A stretch of DNA of 64,000 nt, taken from the NCBI GenBank assembly GCA_965603825.1, contig CBFDEM010000003.1:124001-188000 (forward strand), written 5' to 3'. Shown piece after piece: positions 60,391 to 64,000 of the stretch; position 1 is the first letter of the stretch, and every line of letters begins with the position of its first letter. The stretch comes from Blepharisma stoltei ATCC 30299. Taxonomy: Eukaryota > Protista > Ciliophora. Both the position numbers and the translations under genes were made by a program. Below the pieces are notes generated by a model, which was not told the origin of the DNA, searched no databases, and worked only from the letters and a program-made list of their open reading frames with translations.

Positions 60391-60984
60391 ATGTCAGAGA
60401 GGCCAGAGACTTATTTTTCGAAAGCTAGAATTACTAAAACATGTGCACTTGATAAAGAGCTGTCACTAAAGCTGGATTTGCAAAGCATTTTTACTCCAAA
60501 CTCCTCAAGAGGATTTAATTATAACAAAAGGCTGGCTCATGCATCATGCTATTCAAACCAAAATTCAGACCGATACGCTTCAAGCACAATAAACATGTAT
60601 GATACAAAATGCCGCTTAAGCTCAACACCTAAGCCTTTTTCTAAATCAAAAGGCCCTATTATTAGAGCTCAAGAAGATTTTGATAATTTTTATAACAGCA
60701 TAACTCCCTCTTCACGCTCAAAAATTTTAAAACAAGAAGCCCAGGAAGCCCACAGTCTCAACCCAAAATCATCATTTTTGCTGAATCCAAACTTTTCTAA
60801 CAAACTAATAAAAAAATCAGAAAAAATCAGCGATCTGTTACCACTTGATACCCTAAAAAAACTCAAAGATTTTATCAAGGAAAACAAAATTACCGAAGAC
60901 GAAATGTAAATTATATTTAGGTATACCCAAGAATTAAGAGAATTCGCGCTTGAAGTTCTTTCACAAAAACTAAAAGAGATATAA
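60391..60984 (+). CDS. hypothetical protein; probable 15-nt intron at 60906-60920
   Basis: The ORF's TAA lies inside gtaaattatatttag; splicing adds YTQELREFALEVLSQKLKEI to TAA 60984. Confidence 0.65.
60906..60920 (+). other. probable 15-nt intron (gtaaattatatttag)
   Basis: Matches the window's intron consensus. Confidence 0.7.
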
Positions 60985-61007
60985 AAAAGATTAATGATAT
61001 AATTCAG

Positions 61008-62114
61008 TTAATGATTTTTTGCTTCTTCTTTTAAGCTAGAATTCGTTCTATTTGTCTCAACATTTTGCTTATGGCCTGGATTTGTCAGCTTTTTCACTGG
61101 TCTATGTCTTATTACTGAAGGCTCTTCTTGCTCATATGGAGATTCAGACCCAACGACTTTTTTACTAACTTCATATTCTTGTACATCCAAGGTTATTTTT
61201 TTTAAATCTATAAACCTTTCCCTAATATTTTGCAGCATCGTTATAAGCTTTTCAGGCTTTTCTTCAGTCTCATCTTTGCGGCCTGCAAAGGTCTGTTTAC
61301 TTTTTAGTGCTTTTGAGTGTAAATTTTTAATTGCCAGTACAATTTTCCCAGTGATTCCTTTGCGTAAAATTCTTTCTTTTCTAATATCTTCTTGTTTACT
61401 TTCTAAAGCAGTAATCTGTGTGTTAAGGTCATCAATTTCATTCCCAAGCAGGGTCATTTTTCCAGTTTCTTCAGCAATGTCATCTTTCATTTTGTTGATT
61501 ATTTTGCTATAAGATTCTTTTTCAGCGCTTGTAGCTTCTTCGACTCTGGCGCCATTTAAGTCTTGGTCTTGTTTACTTGTTTTTAATGTTATATATCTTT
61601 TCATAAGCTGAGGAATGTCTTCATATTCTTCACTAACCCTGACGACTTCTTCTAAAAATGATTTATAGATGGAGTATTGCTCGATTTTCCTTTCAATTTC
61701 TTGAAGCTGGGCTTCTGCTTTTCCCAGCTGCTCTTCTTTTCGCTTTATTTCTTCTTCTTTTATTTTGATCAAGTCGTCTTCTTTTTTGATTTTGTCAGTT
61801 TCTTGTTTAATTTTGCGATCGTACATGAGGATTTGGGGCTCTTTTTTGTCGATTTTGGTTTTTATTTCAGTCTGGCGCTCTTTAAATTGCCGATGCTGCT
61901 CTTCTATGATGGCTCCTTTTTCTTCAATTTCTTTTCTTTTCTTTTGAAGCTGCTCATCGACTTCTCTTTCTTTTTTCTCTTTCTTTAGCAGGCGGGTAGT
62001 TTGGTTCATATAGTGATAATTTTTTAAATCAGCGTGAGTAGATTGAAATAAGGCTTCTCTTTCTGCTTTTGATAAGGTTTCAATTGGCCTCAATCCTCTT
62101 TTCTTCTCTCCCAT
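61008..62114 (-). CDS. CCDC42/CFAP73-like coiled-coil ciliary protein (DUF4200-like)
   Basis: TRLLKKEKKEREVDEQL, YSIYKSFLEEVV...EYEDIPQLMKRYITL, GKIVLAIKNL. Confidence 0.7.
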   Translation of the reverse strand: MGEKKRGLRPIETLSKAEREALFQSTHADLKNYHYMNQTTRLLKKEKKEREVDEQLQKKRKEIEEKGAIIEEQHRQFKERQTEIKTKIDKKEPQILMYDRKIKQETDKIKKEDDLIKIKEEEIKRKEEQLGKAEAQLQEIERKIEQYSIYKSFLEEVVRVSEEYEDIPQLMKRYITLKTSKQDQDLNGARVEEATSAEKESYSKIINKMKDDIAEETGKMTLLGNEIDDLNTQITALESKQEDIRKERILRKGITGKIVLAIKNLHSKALKSKQTFAGRKDETEEKPEKLITMLQNIRERFIDLKKITLDVQEYEVSKKVVGSESPYEQEEPSVIRHRPVKKLTNPGHKQNVETNRTNSSLKEEAKNH

Positions 62115-62356
62115 ATAATTATTTTAAATAATGCTGTGAGTGTTTCTATATAAGTTTTGTAAGAATAGGATATGCTGGTAAATGCAAGGTAGGCTAATAG
62201 ATCGCAAAAATTTCTTATTTAAATAATTATAAAAATACTAAAAGTCTAAGACTGCGATTTTTAAGCTTAATTAATGTTTTTGAATGTATTATATTTGTAA
62301 TTTACGACATAACTTTTTTGATTTAAAAAAAAATACTAAACTGTGCTATAATAAAA

Positions 62357-63427
62357 ATGACTGAACAGCGATGGAATGAAAGACTTGGCGAAATGATGAA
62401 AAAGCAACGAAACACCCAAGAAAAGCTTAAAATGCTAAAAACTCAAAAGATTCTCGATGAGATGAAAGAGGTTACTGGTGTTCCTAAAATAAATGAGGTT
62501 AGTCGAAAAGTGGCAGCTGAGCTCGAAAGAATTGAAGCTGAAAAAAAAATTTCGAGTGACTCCCATGGTAGAGAATCTACCCCGCCCCCACAAACTCCCA
62601 AAAACAACACTAAATCTCAGCTAAGTAAATCCCTTGCCCGAGATTTTATGAGGTTAAATAAGGATGATGATCCTGAGTCAAAAAGACTTCCCCCTCCAAC
62701 CGATATTATTTTTCCTCCAAAAAAGTTTGAAAATGTTCCTAGTAAGAATTTCAAAGATCTACAAGAAGCCTACGTCAGAGCTCAAACTCTTCACTGTCAA
62801 CAACAAGATCCTCAGCCTCTTTCCCCTAGATGCCATGTGAATTTGCCATCAGGACAAGCTTCTGAGCCGTACATTAATTTAAGAGCTCCAGCCAATGGAA
62901 AAGTCATCAATAAAATGGGAGTAAGCCAAGCAGAAACTTTGAGAAGAGACTTTCTGACGACTGAAGAAAAAAAGAAAGAAAGTCTTGACACATATAAGAA
63001 AAATATTCAATGGGCTCAAAAGCTTGAAGATAAACTTAACGAGCAAAGATGGGATAAGCAGGTTTCTGAAATTGCTTCATGCACTTTTAAACCTGCAGTT
63101 AATAAAACTCAAAACCTCAGAAACAGCTTCTCAGGAAATAATGAAGGAAAAGGTAAAAGCTATACTCAAATACATGACCAAAGGAAAACCATGCAAGCCA
63201 GCTTAGAAAACCAAGAAGCTCAGCTGAAAAAAGCAACGAGTGTGAAAAATATCGAGGGCTCTATTGATGACCTAGGAGAATCTCAAAATCCTTTTACGAA
63301 CAATAAGCCATTTACTTATTCATCGCTGACTCCAATGGGAGCTAAAGTCAAATATAGAGAAGGATTTAATGTAAAGAAATTTATGAATACTGCCAAGCCA
63401 ATGGTCAGTTATCAACAATTAGGATAA
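62357..63427 (+). CDS. hypothetical protein with PKIN..S / CTFKP motifs
   Basis: 356-aa ORF; TGVPKINEVSRK and SCTFKPAVN motifs. Confidence 0.75.
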   Translation: MTEQRWNERLGEMMKKQRNTQEKLKMLKTQKILDEMKEVTGVPKINEVSRKVAAELERIEAEKKISSDSHGRESTPPPQTPKNNTKSQLSKSLARDFMRLNKDDDPESKRLPPPTDIIFPPKKFENVPSKNFKDLQEAYVRAQTLHCQQQDPQPLSPRCHVNLPSGQASEPYINLRAPANGKVINKMGVSQAETLRRDFLTTEEKKKESLDTYKKNIQWAQKLEDKLNEQRWDKQVSEIASCTFKPAVNKTQNLRNSFSGNNEGKGKSYTQIHDQRKTMQASLENQEAQLKKATSVKNIEGSIDDLGESQNPFTNNKPFTYSSLTPMGAKVKYREGFNVKKFMNTAKPMVSYQQLG

Positions 63428-63491
63428 ATAATAAAATTTAAATACATTATTGTAATATTTATTAGGACCTCGGAGAGGTTTAAATATTATT

Positions 63492-64000
63492 ATGGCAGCT
63501 TGGTATTTCAATGTTTCTCTCAAAGAAATAAAAGAAACTGTGCTGCAAGGTGACATAAAAAATCGCTTTGTTATATGAAAAATTCTTCTTGGAGTCCTTC
63601 AAGGCTCGCCTTCCGATTGGGTTTCCAATAATTTAAAACTTCGGGAAGAGTATAATCACATGAAATCGACCCTCACCCCTTCAATAAATCTAAAGCAAGA
63701 AGGGACAATAAATAATCCTTTATCGACAAGCACAGATGTAAATTACAATTAGAGTCCTTGATATACTCATTTTAAATACCAAGAAGTAAGAAGAGTTATA
63801 AGAATTGATGTTGACAGAACATATCAAAAGTATCAAATTTTCCAGGATGAGCACAATAAAAATCTATTGGAAAATATTTTATTTGTATGAAGCGCAACAC
63901 ACCCTATAGGATATAACCAAGGACTTAATGAAATTTGTGCTGTTATAATGTATGCAGTTTTAAATGATTCTGAAACTGAAGATGGGCTCACAAGCTGAGA
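63492..64000 (+). CDS. Rab-GAP TBC-domain protein, TBC1D5-like (partial); 15-nt intron at 63738-63752
   Basis: RFVI-W-KILLG, NNPLS...SP-W, IRIDVDRT, ILFV-W, GYNQGLNEI; runs off the window end. Confidence 0.85.
63738..63752 (+). other. 15-nt intron (gtaaattacaattag)
   Basis: In-frame TAG; removal restores NNPLSTSTDSPW. Confidence 0.9.

Noticed and set aside
7312-61988. Antisense ORFs in the track (e.g. 7312-7890, 9801-10301, 19143-19553, 28301-29047, 40653-41027, 61677-61988)
   Set aside because: Phe/Ser/Leu-rich shadows of Lys/Glu-rich genes on the opposite strand; no domain motifs.
979-64000. Many fragmented ORFs suggesting widespread pseudogenes or selenoproteins
   Set aside because: Breaks are in-frame TGAs at conserved Trp (not Cys) positions, or 15-nt introns.
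1-64000. CRISPR arrays, tRNA/rRNA genes, telomeric repeats, transposases
   Set aside because: None recognised by eye; small ncRNAs cannot be excluded without tRNAscan-SE or Infernal.

Overview
Gene-dense, AT-rich eukaryotic DNA that reads as a heterotrich ciliate macronuclear segment, most consistent with Blepharisma. TGA encodes Trp: it falls on invariant Trp positions and aligns with TGG between paralogs, while only TAA/TAG terminate. Genes carry tiny 15-nt GTA...AG introns, and intergenic gaps are often under 100 nt. The supplied standard-code ORF track therefore fragments most genes. Re-reading gives about 37 genes, including PKA-C-like (partial), PLK, NEK, PARP, UBC1/UBE2K, RPS6, kaptin, AP-4 mu, an HP1-like protein, PKA-R, OTU1, RNA Pol I second subunit, CCDC42/CFAP73-like and TBC1D5-like (partial). 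Most notable: (1) two large paralogs (27018-31289, 43616-47296) with an apparent unknown-domain / helical stalk / GNAT-like / serpin-like architecture; (2) a tandem dynamin-related array between them (3 intact genes plus 1 pseudogene) whose variable insert is gaining FG-like low-complexity repeats; (3) a 1140-aa membrane protein joining Kelch repeats, Cys-rich repeats and an Erv46/ERGIC-like module, visible only after recoding and splicing four 15-nt introns; (4) a 7TM-pseudokinase fusion; (5) a GCDH paralog lacking the catalytic Glu. All domain calls come from reading motifs by eye; no searches were run.
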